From NCBI GenBank assembly GCA_963674735.2, contig CAXXQS010000001.1, positions 1,440,001 to 1,504,000 on the forward strand: a DNA stretch of 64,000 nucleotides. Reading direction: 5' to 3'. The position numbers and the translations under genes are program-made. The notes beneath the pieces were generated by a model. The model searched no databases. It was not told the DNA's origin and saw only the letters and a list, made by a program, of their open reading frames with translations. The DNA is from Myxococcota bacterium (lineage in GTDB: Bacteria > Myxococcota_A > SURF-8). This document shows positions 1 through 10,191 of this stretch, piece after piece. Each line of letters opens with the position of its first letter. Position 1 is the stretch's first letter.

Positions 1-2
1 CC

Positions 3-1820
3 GTCGGTGATGCCCAATGCGAACAACCAGCCTGCAATGAGGTCGACGACCGCTGCGAAACATTGCCGCGCGACTACGGAATTGCTTGTAATGACGGGGA
101 GCTGTGCAGCTATGACGACCATTGCGACGGTTTCGGACACTGCGGAGGAACGGAAATCGTTTGTGAAAACGACTCCGGCACCTGCGGTGCGGCAAGGGCT
201 TGCAATGGATCCGCAACTTGCGAAACCACTTGGCCGGGGATTGAAACGTCATGTGATGACGGTGAGTTATGTACGTATGATGATCGTTGCGACGGTTCGG
301 GCGGCTGCCATGGAGAAGCCGTCATCTGTACGGATGACCTTACAACATGCGGAGCCCGTCGGAGTTGCAATGGATCGAGTTTGTGCAGTATCAGCTTCCC
401 CGGTTCCGACCAGAGTTGCAACGATCAAAACCCGTGTAGCTATGACGACCACTGCAACAGTAACGGAGCCTGCGTAGGCGTCGAGATCGACTGTACCGAC
501 GATCCGAGTGTTTGTGGGGTAAAGCGTAGTTGCAACGGTAGTGATATCTGCTCGACGTTTTACCCGGCAGGCGAGCAAAGTTGCGATGATGCCGAGCTAT
601 GCACGTATGACGACCACTGCAACGGATCGGGAAGTTGTATCGGAACAACAATCACCTGTGAAGACGACCCCGGCGACTGTGGAGTCCGGCGTGACTGCAA
701 CGGAACGGCCGTCTGCTCTATCGTGCATCCCGGTGAGGAAACGAGCTGCGATGACGATGACTTATGCACAAACAGCGACCACTGCAACGGAAGCGGCACT
801 TGTGTCGGAGAACCGGTGCTTTGCACCAGCGATCCGGCGGTCTGCGGTCTTAAAAGCGCTTGCGATGCCTCTACGGGTGCCTGTTTGGAGCATTACCCGG
901 ATGAAACGATCAGTTGCGACGATAACGACCCCTGCTCTCCCGACGACCACTGCAATGCAGCCGGGGAATGTGTCGGAACATCTTGTCCGGATGGATATTA
1001 CTGTCAAGATACTACCTGTCGTAAAGAAGGCTTTATTTTCACCCCGGCAAGCAGCTTCTGGATGGGAAGTCGCGAAGAAGAGCTCGGACGGGAAATCGAT
1101 GAGACACGCCATTACGTCACGTTAACCTATAACCTGGAAGTGATGGACCACGAAGTTACTCAGGAAGAGTTTAGTTCACGCATGGGCTATAATCCCAGTT
1201 ACTTTGACGAAACCTGTGGAGCCCAATGCCCGGTGGAAAATGTCAGCTGGCACGAAGCTTTGGCATATGCCAATTCATTCAGCGCAGATACCGGGTTACC
1301 GAGCTGCTTTATCTGCACGGGAACACTTCCAAATATCACCTGTACCCTCGATTCGACTTACGCCAAACCGCAAGATTGCACCGGTTTTCGCCTACCGACC
1401 GAAGCCGAATGGGAATTTGTCGCCCGTGCCGGGACGGAAAACGCGACTCCAAGCGGGAATTTGATTCATACCGGTTGCGATCCTGTGGATGCGGGCTTGA
1501 ACAGCCTTGGTTGGTTCTGCGGAAACGCCACACTTCAACCCCACCTCGGCAAGCAAAAAAATGCCAATGCCTGGGGACTTTACGACATTCTTGGAAATGT
1601 TGGTGAATGGGTTTGGGACCGCTATTACATGAACTACCAGACCGACCTTCCAACGGACCCCATCGGTCCCGGCGGAACAGCATCGAGCCGCGTCATTCGC
1701 GGTGGAAACTGGCAGTACGAAGCCCGCTGGTGCCGTCTTGCCAGCCGGGCCGCCAATACAGACTCGAATCGCTTCAACAATGTCGGTTTCCGATTGGTAC
1801 GCTCAATCAGCAACCCTTGA
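3..1820 (+). CDS. Cys-rich repeat protein with C-terminal FGE-sulfatase (SUMF1/C-type lectin fold) domain; 5'-truncated by the window edge
   Basis: The frame of ORF 63..1820 is open back to nt 3 (VGDAQCEQPAC...). It has ~5.5 tandem 55-aa repeats with 8 Cys each, then FGE-sulfatase motifs FWMGS, HEVTQ, PVENVSW, RLPTEAEWEF, NAWGLYDILGNVGEW, RVIRGGNW and GFRLVR. Confidence 0.85.
   Translation, partial: VGDAQCEQPACNEVDDRCETLPRDYGIACNDGELCSYDDHCDGFGHCGGTEIVCENDSGTCGAARACNGSATCETTWPGIETSCDDGELCTYDDRCDGSGGCHGEAVICTDDLTTCGARRSCNGSSLCSISFPGSDQSCNDQNPCSYDDHCNSNGACVGVEIDCTDDPSVCGVKRSCNGSDICSTFYPAGEQSCDDAELCTYDDHCNGSGSCIGTTITCEDDPGDCGVRRDCNGTAVCSIVHPGEETSCDDDDLCTNSDHCNGSGTCVGEPVLCTSDPAVCGLKSACDASTGACLEHYPDETISCDDNDPCSPDDHCNAAGECVGTSCPDGYYCQDTTCRKEGFIFTPASSFWMGSREEELGREIDETRHYVTLTYNLEVMDHEVTQEEFSSRMGYNPSYFDETCGAQCPVENVSWHEALAYANSFSADTGLPSCFICTGTLPNITCTLDSTYAKPQDCTGFRLPTEAEWEFVARAGTENATPSGNLIHTGCDPVDAGLNSLGWFCGNATLQPHLGKQKNANAWGLYDILGNVGEWVWDRYYMNYQTDLPTDPIGPGGTASSRVIRGGNWQYEARWCRLASRAANTDSNRFNNVGFRLVRSISNP
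87..986 (+). repeat. Coding tandem repeat, ~165-nt (55-aa) unit with 8 Cys, about 5.5 copies
   Basis: Units begin CNDGELCSYDDHC / CDDGELCTYDDRC / CNDQNPCSYDDHC / CDDAELCTYDDHC / CDDDDLCTNSDHC / CDDNDPCSPDDHC. Confidence 0.9.
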
Positions 1821-1855
1821 TCTTTCTCGTGTCCGATCACGGTTTTCTTGCTCAT

Positions 1856-2845
1856 TCACGCTTTCAACGGCAAAGCTTTCGCCAACGGACGAAGTATCTT
1901 TGGCAGCAAGCGTCCCAGCGGAAACGCAACAATCAAAGCCGCGAACAACGCCAAGCCAATAGGCCCCAACCAGATGCCCGGCAGCCAGTTGTCGGCAAAC
2001 ACGGATCCAAATATCAGCATAAACGCGGCGCGACCACTCATTACCGACCGGCGCTCATCGTCCTCGACCGCATCCCAAAAGCCTGCGAGCAAGAGTAGAG
2101 GCAGATCAACCCATAGTAAATACAACCAGTTGGCAGGCTCCGCCCGCAACAGGACTTCGAGCGGTCCTTCCAGACGTCCATTTAGTTGGCTGAGCGTTAA
2201 AGTGGAAGGTTGGCTTAGATCAGCCGTAAGACGATGAACATTGCGTTCATGCGCAATCAATTTCTTGCCATGTCCGCGGCGCCCGAAGCGAATTCGTCTC
2301 CAATTTCGCTTCAACACCCCCTTCACCGTTTCGTGATACCTCGGATTGCGAAGATGCAAGACATAAGAAGTTTCGGCGACTTTGTTCTCTTCCGGCAGGT
2401 GGCCATTCACTTCCAGCAACCACCACTGATCGTCGCTGTTTTGAGCTGGAATCGTCGCCTTGTCATCGGCCGACTCGAAAACAAGGCGAGTAGCGTGTTC
2501 CTGCGAAAGGAGCGGACGAACGGCAGGATAACCCGCTGCAGCAACAAGAGCCAGGCCCAAAAACACCGCTAAAATCAGGCGCCAACGCCGGAAATGAGTT
2601 CGACGACGCAGGTCGCGAACGATGAGTGCCAGGGGTATCAACAGCGCCGTACCTGTAAGAGCAACGCCCAACCATTCTTCCGGCACACCAATCAGCACAA
2701 CAGCAAGAACTGTGATCATGATCAGGAAAGGTACAACCAATGATTTGATCCAACCGTCCCAAGCCATCAAGAGATACAAGCGCCAAGAAGAAACAGTGGC
2801 GGGCTCAGATGGTGAAGGTTTCTTAGATTTTGAGGACGGTGGCAT
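1856..2845 (-). CDS. Hypothetical multi-pass membrane protein
   Basis: 329-aa ORF with N- and C-terminal hydrophobic helices around a soluble domain; RBS-like AGGGAG upstream of the ATG. Confidence 0.7.
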   Translation of the reverse strand: MPPSSKSKKPSPSEPATVSSWRLYLLMAWDGWIKSLVVPFLIMITVLAVVLIGVPEEWLGVALTGTALLIPLALIVRDLRRRTHFRRWRLILAVFLGLALVAAAGYPAVRPLLSQEHATRLVFESADDKATIPAQNSDDQWWLLEVNGHLPEENKVAETSYVLHLRNPRYHETVKGVLKRNWRRIRFGRRGHGKKLIAHERNVHRLTADLSQPSTLTLSQLNGRLEGPLEVLLRAEPANWLYLLWVDLPLLLLAGFWDAVEDDERRSVMSGRAAFMLIFGSVFADNWLPGIWLGPIGLALFAALIVAFPLGRLLPKILRPLAKALPLKA

Positions 2846-3153
2846 AATTGGCTCCCTTTCATTGGCAAACCAACTCGGTGTTTGTCTTGAGCTTCAACTG
2901 TTTCAAGTGAGAAATAATTCCTGGAACCGTGTTTTCTCAAATTTTCCCAGTTTTGAAGACATTGGAGATGGTACCGCAGGATGCTTCACTCGTCGATTCT
3001 TCCGAATAACCGCTTATGAGGCTCCGTGCTCAAACTTGGGAGAACGATCTCATCACTGGCCTCACAATATTTGTCTATCGAGGAAATCATCACGTCGGCC
3101 GACATTCTTTGTTTCTCCAGGTAAACCGAGGGCCAATAGTTTGAATGTAATTA

Positions 3154-6100
3154 TTACTTGGCGGGATCGGCCTTCAAGTCCATATGAAATCGAGTAAAAC
3201 TTTCATTATCGCTTTCAAAGCTCAAGTATCCACCATGCTCCTTCATGATGCCATGGCTAACCGACAAACCGAGGCCAGTCCCATGTGCACGCGATTTACT
3301 CGTGAAGAATGGATCGAAAATACGCTCCTGAAATTCTTCGGGAATTCCGCAACCATGATCCTCGACCGTTAGGCGGATCCAATTTTCATCTTGTTTGTTG
3401 TAACAACGAAGCGTGATTAAAATCTGTTTATCGACGTTGAAACGGGGATAGCGCTGGTTCAAGGCATCCCTTGCATTGGTTAGTAGATTCATAACTACCT
3501 GCATCAACTGCTGACGGCGACAACGCACGCATGGCAATTTTTCTTCAACATCCACATGCGTACTGATCTGGTCTTTGTGGAGAACTTTGCGTGTTAGAGA
3601 CAACGTCTCCTCCAAGATTTCATCCAACTTTGCAGGCTTGATGATTTCTTTCTCACGGCGCGAAAAGGCTAGCAGGTTCTGAACGATTCCCGCAATCCGT
3701 TCACTTTCGGAAATGATTTCACTGGCATATTTGGAAACCTTTTCTTCATTGGCTGCCCGGCGCACGATCAACTCACCAAAATTCATAATAATATTCAACG
3801 GGTTGTTTATTTCATGGGCGACACCCGAGGCTAAGGTTCCAATGGATTCAAGCTTCTGTTGCTGACGAATTTGCGCTTCCATGTTTTTTCGCTGGGTAAT
3901 GTCACGCACCATCCAAATCACACGTCGGCTAGGAAAGTCCACGCCCTCAAGAACAGACGTTCGGGCTTCAAACCAGCATCGACCGGCAGGGACATCGATT
4001 TCATATTCAAAGAACTGCGTGGAACCGGTGTCCAAAGTGCGTCGGATCGTATCAACAAAACCATCGGCGATTTCTTTGGGGAAAACATCATGCAACAAAT
4101 TTCCTTGAAGCTTTCCGGCTTCTCTATAAAGCAGATCGCTCTTTTCTACAAGGACTTCAATGTACTTGCCGTTCTCATCAAGAATAAACGGCAAGTCGGG
4201 TATCGCTTGTATGAAGGCCCGAAGATAGCTTTCACGGACTTCACGCTCATTCTCCGCTTGTCTGAGCGCCGTGTGGTCGGCCAACATAACCACTAACTGC
4301 TCATCTCCGATCGCGGCCCCTTGAAATTCGACATCTTTGATCGTCCCGTCCTTACAGGTCACACGATATTCAATTCCCTGACGAACTCCATCGTTTATGA
4401 CAAGACGATCCCAGTCCGATAGCACGGCCGCACGATAAGCCGAGTCGGGATAAGCGGTTTCATGCCAGGTTTTCAAATCAGGAATATCTTCGAGTCGATA
4501 GCCAAGCATTTTTTCAAACTCGTTATTAATGAAATGAACATGCCCATCCAACGATATGTCGATGATGGCGACTCCATAGGGAGCATGTTGCAAAACGGCA
4601 TGAAATGTTTCACTTTTCTTGCGTATTTCCTCTTCGGCACGCTGCCGGACGGCGATTTCACATTTAAGTTTTTCATTGGCTTCGATAAATTCCTGCGTGC
4701 GCTTATTTACCTGGTCTTCGAGACGTCCGCGATATTTTTCCAATTCCACTTCAGATGTACGGCGCTCGTGAATATCTCGACACATTGCTATCAGCCGAAC
4801 ACCGTTTTCGGTTTCAATCGTATTTGCATTGACCTCCACGGGAGTGAGAAGTCCATCTGAAGTAAGATAATTGACCACGAAATTGCGCACGCGGCCGTCG
4901 GATAAACAGGTTTGCATGGCTTCCTGATTCCGATCCCGCTCATCCGGGGCTGTCCATTCCAAAACAGACCGCCCCAGGATGTCTTCAAGCCGATCATGTC
5001 CACTCATACGGACATATTCAAAGTTGGCATCTTCTACACATCCATTTGGATCGACGATCAAACACCCCGTGTCTGTTGTATCAATCAGGTCTTTGTATTT
5101 TAATTCCGATTCCAACAGAGCTTGCTTGGCTTGATGCTGTTCGGTGATATCGATCATGACCCCTTGAATATGACTCACCTCACCTTTTGAATCGAAGAAC
5201 AGATGAACGCGTTCATCGATCCAACGGATGGCGCCATCTGCGGTTTGAACTCGAAAGTGGAATGCGAAGTTTTTCCGTTTCTCCTTGATTGCTTCCAATA
5301 TAGTATCAAAAACCCAACTCACATCTTCGTAATAGACAAAATCAAGAAAGCTAACCCGACCCGAAAAGAAATCATGGCGTGTGTATCCAAATGTTTTGAT
5401 TGTTTCAGTAATATATTCTATTTGGAACATTTCATCGTTACGGACGAGGAAAAGGACGATCGGACTGTTCTGGATAATCAATTCCAGTTCTTTCAGTTCT
5501 TCATAGGCTTCCCGAAAGGCAAACTCGGATTTTTTCTGCTCGGTAATATCCGTTGCTATCCCTAAAATATAGGCACTATCATGGTGGAAGTCGACAAGGG
5601 GTGTTTTGACGGTGCGCCAGATCCGCTCATTTCCATCTTGGCTATGCACGCTTTCTGCCGTAACAACCAGTGATTCTCGACTTCTTAAAAGTTCCAAATC
5701 TTTCTCGCGAAAGAAATCGGCTTCATTTTTTGGGAAAAGATCGTAGTCGCTGCGACCGAGAACATCTTCTGCCTTGTATCCCAGTAACTGTTCGCATTGA
5801 CGGTTCCATGCGACAAACCGCCCGCTTTTCGCCTCTTTAATGAAAAGGGCGTCCGGAATATAGTTGATAACCTGCGCTAAAAATGAGTCCGGATCGTTTA
5901 TCGCGCGCAGACCATCTTCATTCCGATAAGACTCCCACTCTTTTACAAACTCGATTTCAAGTCTGTCGAAAGTTTCATTCAAGATACGATCATCAGTTTG
6001 ATTTGGAGTGGAATCTGCATAGCTCTCAGAATACAGTCGCCTTGCTTCCTTGAGCACCGCCAGGCAACTCGAGCACTTGTCACCACACTCCTTTAGAACT

Positions 6101-6327
6101 TCAATAGATTTCAAGAATTCTCGCTTTGCCTCATCTGAACCCCACTCCGCTTCAGATGACATCTCAAAGGAATTTTCGAGATAAGTGCAAATCAGATCCA
6201 TAATTGCGATTAAACATCTTTCTTTAGATGCGGCCGCGGTATCAGGGTAATATCGACCGATAAAGCGCATCATTCCCTTTTTCAGATCATCTCGATCCAA
6301 TATTTTTGCATAACTAGCGACAGCCAT
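3154..6327 (-). CDS. Cytoplasmic multi-PAS (5 PAS/PAC) sensor histidine kinase, NtrB-like core
   Basis: Five PAS units ending DITEQK, DITEQH, DIHERR, DHTALR, DITQRK; H-box AHEINNPL; N-box NLLTNARDA; G1 DHGCGI; F-box IFDPFFT; G2 GTGLGL; no TM segment. Confidence 0.93.
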   Translation of the reverse strand: MAVASYAKILDRDDLKKGMMRFIGRYYPDTAAASKERCLIAIMDLICTYLENSFEMSSEAEWGSDEAKREFLKSIEVLKECGDKCSSCLAVLKEARRLYSESYADSTPNQTDDRILNETFDRLEIEFVKEWESYRNEDGLRAINDPDSFLAQVINYIPDALFIKEAKSGRFVAWNRQCEQLLGYKAEDVLGRSDYDLFPKNEADFFREKDLELLRSRESLVVTAESVHSQDGNERIWRTVKTPLVDFHHDSAYILGIATDITEQKKSEFAFREAYEELKELELIIQNSPIVLFLVRNDEMFQIEYITETIKTFGYTRHDFFSGRVSFLDFVYYEDVSWVFDTILEAIKEKRKNFAFHFRVQTADGAIRWIDERVHLFFDSKGEVSHIQGVMIDITEQHQAKQALLESELKYKDLIDTTDTGCLIVDPNGCVEDANFEYVRMSGHDRLEDILGRSVLEWTAPDERDRNQEAMQTCLSDGRVRNFVVNYLTSDGLLTPVEVNANTIETENGVRLIAMCRDIHERRTSEVELEKYRGRLEDQVNKRTQEFIEANEKLKCEIAVRQRAEEEIRKKSETFHAVLQHAPYGVAIIDISLDGHVHFINNEFEKMLGYRLEDIPDLKTWHETAYPDSAYRAAVLSDWDRLVINDGVRQGIEYRVTCKDGTIKDVEFQGAAIGDEQLVVMLADHTALRQAENEREVRESYLRAFIQAIPDLPFILDENGKYIEVLVEKSDLLYREAGKLQGNLLHDVFPKEIADGFVDTIRRTLDTGSTQFFEYEIDVPAGRCWFEARTSVLEGVDFPSRRVIWMVRDITQRKNMEAQIRQQQKLESIGTLASGVAHEINNPLNIIMNFGELIVRRAANEEKVSKYASEIISESERIAGIVQNLLAFSRREKEIIKPAKLDEILEETLSLTRKVLHKDQISTHVDVEEKLPCVRCRRQQLMQVVMNLLTNARDALNQRYPRFNVDKQILITLRCYNKQDENWIRLTVEDHGCGIPEEFQERIFDPFFTSKSRAHGTGLGLSVSHGIMKEHGGYLSFESDNESFTRFHMDLKADPAK

Positions 6328-6718
6328 TGCTTTTATATCTTCTTGATCATGGTATTGATAATCAGGAAATAAGATACCATGTCATTCGGATATTTCAACG
6401 AATCTTTCATTGTGCTGCGGCACTTGCCAATCCCCTGCCAACTTTGCCAAGGCTATTTTGACTGTTATCCCAAACGGCGTTCGTATAACTACCAAGATGG
6501 TACGCCTGGCACCTACTGGAAACCGGAGAATGACCCGACGGATAAAGGACTAAGCATCATCAACGACGAGCCTGTCTGCATTGTAAAACGATCATGAGAA
6601 GCAAAGGGGTGGACTATATGCTCACCGACCGATAAAAATAATCCGCGTGAATTTTTGAGTAATTGTAGGCAAGAGCTCCATGTGGTAAGATTCTGTTTCC
6701 CAAAGGAGCTAACACCAC

Positions 6719-8017
6719 ATGCAAAATTCACAACCCAAAGTCATACTCAGACATTGCAACGATTACGATATCGGTCGCGTTCGGGCGGTTTTATCCGAGG
6801 TGATTGCCGATCTAGGCGTTGAAATCAAGGGACACGTCTTTATCAAGCCGAACATCGTTACAGCCAACCGGAAATACATCCACAATTCATATACTCACCC
6901 GAATTTTTCCGAAAGCGTAGTCGGTGAGCTTAGGAAATTAGGCCTAAAGAACTTAACCTTGGGTGAATCTGGCGGTTACGGCATCCCTTCTCGCCTGTTT
7001 TTCTACGAATCAGGCTACTTGGATTTGGCTAAGCGGTTGAACATACCGCTGATCGACCTCAACGAAGACAAACTGCAACGTGTCGAGCTGACGAAAGGCG
7101 TTCATCATCAGGACATGCTGTTGGCAGAGCATATTAGACTCGCTGATACGAAAATCTGGTTGCCCAAGCTCAAGTATCACATTTTCTGTTCAATTACCCA
7201 GTCCTTAAAGCTCAATATCGGCATCCTGACACACAAGGAGCGAATGCTTTATCACGATCACCGGATACACGAAAAGATTGTGGATCTTTTGGAGGCGGGC
7301 TATCCGGATCTCGTTCTTTCCGATGCGATTGATATCACATACGGTTTCGAATCAGCCCCTTATCCGGTGCGCTTGGGGCTCGTATTGGGTGCGAATGATC
7401 CGCTAGCGGCTGACGTTGTGGCGGCTCACATCATGGGCTATCAACCGCAGGATATCCGGCATTTGGTGATCGCGGCTGAACGAGGTTACGGTTCGCTCGA
7501 TATCAATGACATAGAAATCGGCGGTGACTACGATTTGCAGGAGTTGATAGATAAACCGAAGGGCAAAACACGATTGTTTCAGGTTCTCAGTGAATTAGAT
7601 ACGCCGATTCAATTCTACGCGGGGAAAGCAGCCAACAGCCAGTCCATCTGCGATGGTGGTTGCGAGGGAGCATTAAAAGGCTGCTTGGGAACCATAGAGA
7701 AACGCAATCCAGGATCTCTGGCGAAGGCAAGAAAAGGCGCAATCGTTACCGGCATCTATGAGGAAGACGTCTTAATGCCGGATGGTCCCGTCCTCCTGAT
7801 CGGCCGTTGCACCCAAGTGACGGGTAAACTGGAAGCCAAGTCCATTCATCGAATAAATGGTTGCCCCACTGCAGCCCGCGACCTATTTATCAAACTGCCT
7901 TTGATCTATCGTCTACCCAGCCCGATGCTGGATCTGAAAGATGTGGTTCAGTTTATTCGGTTTACTCTGCGTTCGTGGCTTGTGAAACTTGGTCGATTAT
8001 TCGGAATTGGGAGCTAG
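6719..8017 (+). CDS. DUF362-domain protein with Cys-containing C-terminal region (possible Fe-S protein)
   Basis: VFIKPNIV, YTHP, LGESGG, LPKLKYH and DPLAADVVAA motifs typical of DUF362; C-terminal CDGGC...C...C...GCP; AAGGAG RBS. Confidence 0.8.
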   Translation: MQNSQPKVILRHCNDYDIGRVRAVLSEVIADLGVEIKGHVFIKPNIVTANRKYIHNSYTHPNFSESVVGELRKLGLKNLTLGESGGYGIPSRLFFYESGYLDLAKRLNIPLIDLNEDKLQRVELTKGVHHQDMLLAEHIRLADTKIWLPKLKYHIFCSITQSLKLNIGILTHKERMLYHDHRIHEKIVDLLEAGYPDLVLSDAIDITYGFESAPYPVRLGLVLGANDPLAADVVAAHIMGYQPQDIRHLVIAAERGYGSLDINDIEIGGDYDLQELIDKPKGKTRLFQVLSELDTPIQFYAGKAANSQSICDGGCEGALKGCLGTIEKRNPGSLAKARKGAIVTGIYEEDVLMPDGPVLLIGRCTQVTGKLEAKSIHRINGCPTAARDLFIKLPLIYRLPSPMLDLKDVVQFIRFTLRSWLVKLGRLFGIGS

Positions 8018-8092
8018 CACTTCATTTTCACAGCGAAATAGTAGAAGGATCTCTACTCGTTCCCCTACCCCATCTTATTTCACAGGCCCAGA

Positions 8093-8112
8093 AGCCCTTC
8101 CGAAGAAGGGCT
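8093..8112. terminator. Hairpin between convergent genes (possible terminator)
   Basis: AGCCCTTC-cgaa-GAAGGGCT, perfect 8-bp stem; no clear U-tract. Confidence 0.35.
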
Positions 8113-8133
8113 ATCCGGGTCGACAAGCGATCG

Positions 8134-9834
8134 TTAGGGATTCATTTCATAAGCGCCATCCAAGGCGTGGACTTCCTTCCATATTTTGCCATAACGCTCC
8201 ACATCGATAACCGGTTTCCGAACCATCTTCAGGCAATACTCTTTCTGCGCTTCAGTGGAACTGGGCTTTAGATAAACCTGCAAGGCATGCTCGGAAAAGT
8301 CTCGGACCATGAAATCGAAGATCTGATCCACCAGATCCGGCGCAACATCCAGTAACTTTGCATTTTCCAGAATCAATTGCCCGTAAGCGATCTGGGTGAA
8401 AAGGTCGCCGATGCTTAGAAGGAAATCAATATCCTTCTGCTGGCCTTTGTCCGGCGGCGCCATCATTAAAGCTTCCTTGAAAATCGCGATCTGTTCCTTG
8501 AACAAATTTACGTTTGGCAGGTCAAATAGATCGTAGGCCAGGTTATAGTCGTGGAATTGGATCTTTCCCAACCCCTTGGTCGGTCCTTGATTGAAGAGGA
8601 ATTCGTCATCACGCGGGTCATCAACGGTAGGAACCTCATCGAAAGCCTTCGGATTGAACAGGAAATTGGGCATGAACTTGATGATTAGAGCAACATTGAC
8701 ATGCACCGTTCCTTCTAGTTTGGGCAAGGCGCGGATGTCGCGCGCGGCCGCCTCGAAATAGGTCTCACCTTCAAAGCCACGAGCGGCGATAACATCCCAC
8801 AACAAGTTGATCACATCCTCGCCTTGGGTTGTAACTTTCATCTTCATAATGGGGTTATAGAGCAAATAGCGTCGATCCTCTTGCGAGGCAACACGCATAT
8901 AATCGGAGGCGCGTAAACCGAAGAGTTTCATCGCAATCAGGCGGGCATAGGCGTCAACAAAGTTCTGTTTGACATGCGGAAAATCGGTCACCATCATGCC
9001 ATACAAGTTTCGATTGGCGGCATGGGTGATCGACTCATACAAAGCGTGGGTGCAGATGCCGATGCTGGCCCATCCCAAATTGTATTTGCCGACGTTAACG
9101 GTATTCAATGCAGCATGGAAAGCTCCCTTTCCCTTATGCAAAATATCTTCTTCTGTGATGGGGTAATCATGCAGCGAAAATTCCGAAACGTAGGATTGAG
9201 TGTTAACCAAGTTTCGACGACACACATAATTTTCATGTTGAGAATCGACGGCGAAAAAGACGTACTCATCCGTATCGGCGATTTTCCCGAATACCGAAAC
9301 CATCGCTGCTTCATTTCCGTTACCGATATAATACTTGTAACCGTTGGCGACATAGGTTCCATCCTCTTGCTTGGTCAGGATCATGTCGGTGCTATATACA
9401 TCGGCTCCATGTGCCTTTTCCGACAGACCGAAAGCGAAGATGCCACCTTCCCTTAAAAACTGGGCGGCTTTAGTCTTGGCCGCTTCATTGTCCGACATAA
9501 ATATCGGCCCCAGACCCAGAATGGAAACCTGCCATGTATACCAGTAGTGCAGCCCATAAAATCCGAGGACTTCATTGAACTCGCAGGCACGCCAAGTATC
9601 CCAGCGGGTATCCGGGTCGCCATCGGCATATTTTGCAGGAGTGATTAATTGGGAAAAGATCTTGTTTTCTTTTACAAATTGGAGGAGATCGTCATACCAT
9701 CGTCGTTCATGGTCATCTTCCTTTAGCTTGACCTTTCCCTTCTTTTCAAAAAATTCGATCGTTTTCAGAACGATTTCTTTGGATCTCTCATCAGGATAGC
9801 GGCGGTTGTGTTTCTTGGGGTTAAGCAGTAGCAT
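8134..9834 (-). CDS. Acyl-CoA dehydrogenase
   Basis: FAFGLSEKAHGAD, NGYKYYIGN and LPKLEGTVHVN motifs; start moved to ATG 9834, which follows an AGGAG RBS. Confidence 0.92.
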   Translation of the reverse strand: MLLLNPKKHNRRYPDERSKEIVLKTIEFFEKKGKVKLKEDDHERRWYDDLLQFVKENKIFSQLITPAKYADGDPDTRWDTWRACEFNEVLGFYGLHYWYTWQVSILGLGPIFMSDNEAAKTKAAQFLREGGIFAFGLSEKAHGADVYSTDMILTKQEDGTYVANGYKYYIGNGNEAAMVSVFGKIADTDEYVFFAVDSQHENYVCRRNLVNTQSYVSEFSLHDYPITEEDILHKGKGAFHAALNTVNVGKYNLGWASIGICTHALYESITHAANRNLYGMMVTDFPHVKQNFVDAYARLIAMKLFGLRASDYMRVASQEDRRYLLYNPIMKMKVTTQGEDVINLLWDVIAARGFEGETYFEAAARDIRALPKLEGTVHVNVALIIKFMPNFLFNPKAFDEVPTVDDPRDDEFLFNQGPTKGLGKIQFHDYNLAYDLFDLPNVNLFKEQIAIFKEALMMAPPDKGQQKDIDFLLSIGDLFTQIAYGQLILENAKLLDVAPDLVDQIFDFMVRDFSEHALQVYLKPSSTEAQKEYCLKMVRKPVIDVERYGKIWKEVHALDGAYEMNP

Positions 9835-10191
9835 CGTTTTCTCCTGTGTCAATCCCTTAAGCAAGGTTGTTTAACGGCACCTAATTATGAATACCCTGTC
9901 TCACTACTACATTCAAGCCTTGTAATCTGAGAAATCATAAAGTTGGTTCATCCGTTTTCAGAAAGACCGCATCAACATCTTCGTCAATTCCCGAAATTCA
10001 TGTTTTGAGATACGAATTTATTCAGACCTACAACAACGATAATCCAACGAAGTGCTACCCGCGAAGGCGTTTCATTGGTCTCGAATGGGCGGCTTGTTTG
10101 GTTTTTGCGCTTGGATAGTTTTAGACTCCGGCGGCAAACCCATAATAAATCTACCGCCAAGCACGTCATCGTGTCAAAACTTTCATTGCAA

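Noticed and set aside
87-986. CRISPR-like periodicity (also at 59795-59914)
   Set aside because: The repeats are in frame, vary at synonymous positions and encode protein repeats; there are no unique spacers and no cas genes.
1690-1820. Diversity-generating retroelement targeting the FGE-sulfatase C-terminus
   Set aside because: I found no second copy of this segment (template repeat) and no reverse transcriptase or avd gene in the window.
6328-6410. TGA read-through or frameshift extending the histidine kinase N-terminus; 25-codon upstream ORF
   Set aside because: Only 18 open in-frame codons precede the ATG, with no SECIS-like hairpin or homology cue; not supportable.
6424-6451. Sigma54 promoter or regulator site from a triple TGCCAA repeat
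   Set aside because: The best -24/-12 alignment (TGGCAggggaTTGG) lacks the invariant GC at -12; too weak to call.
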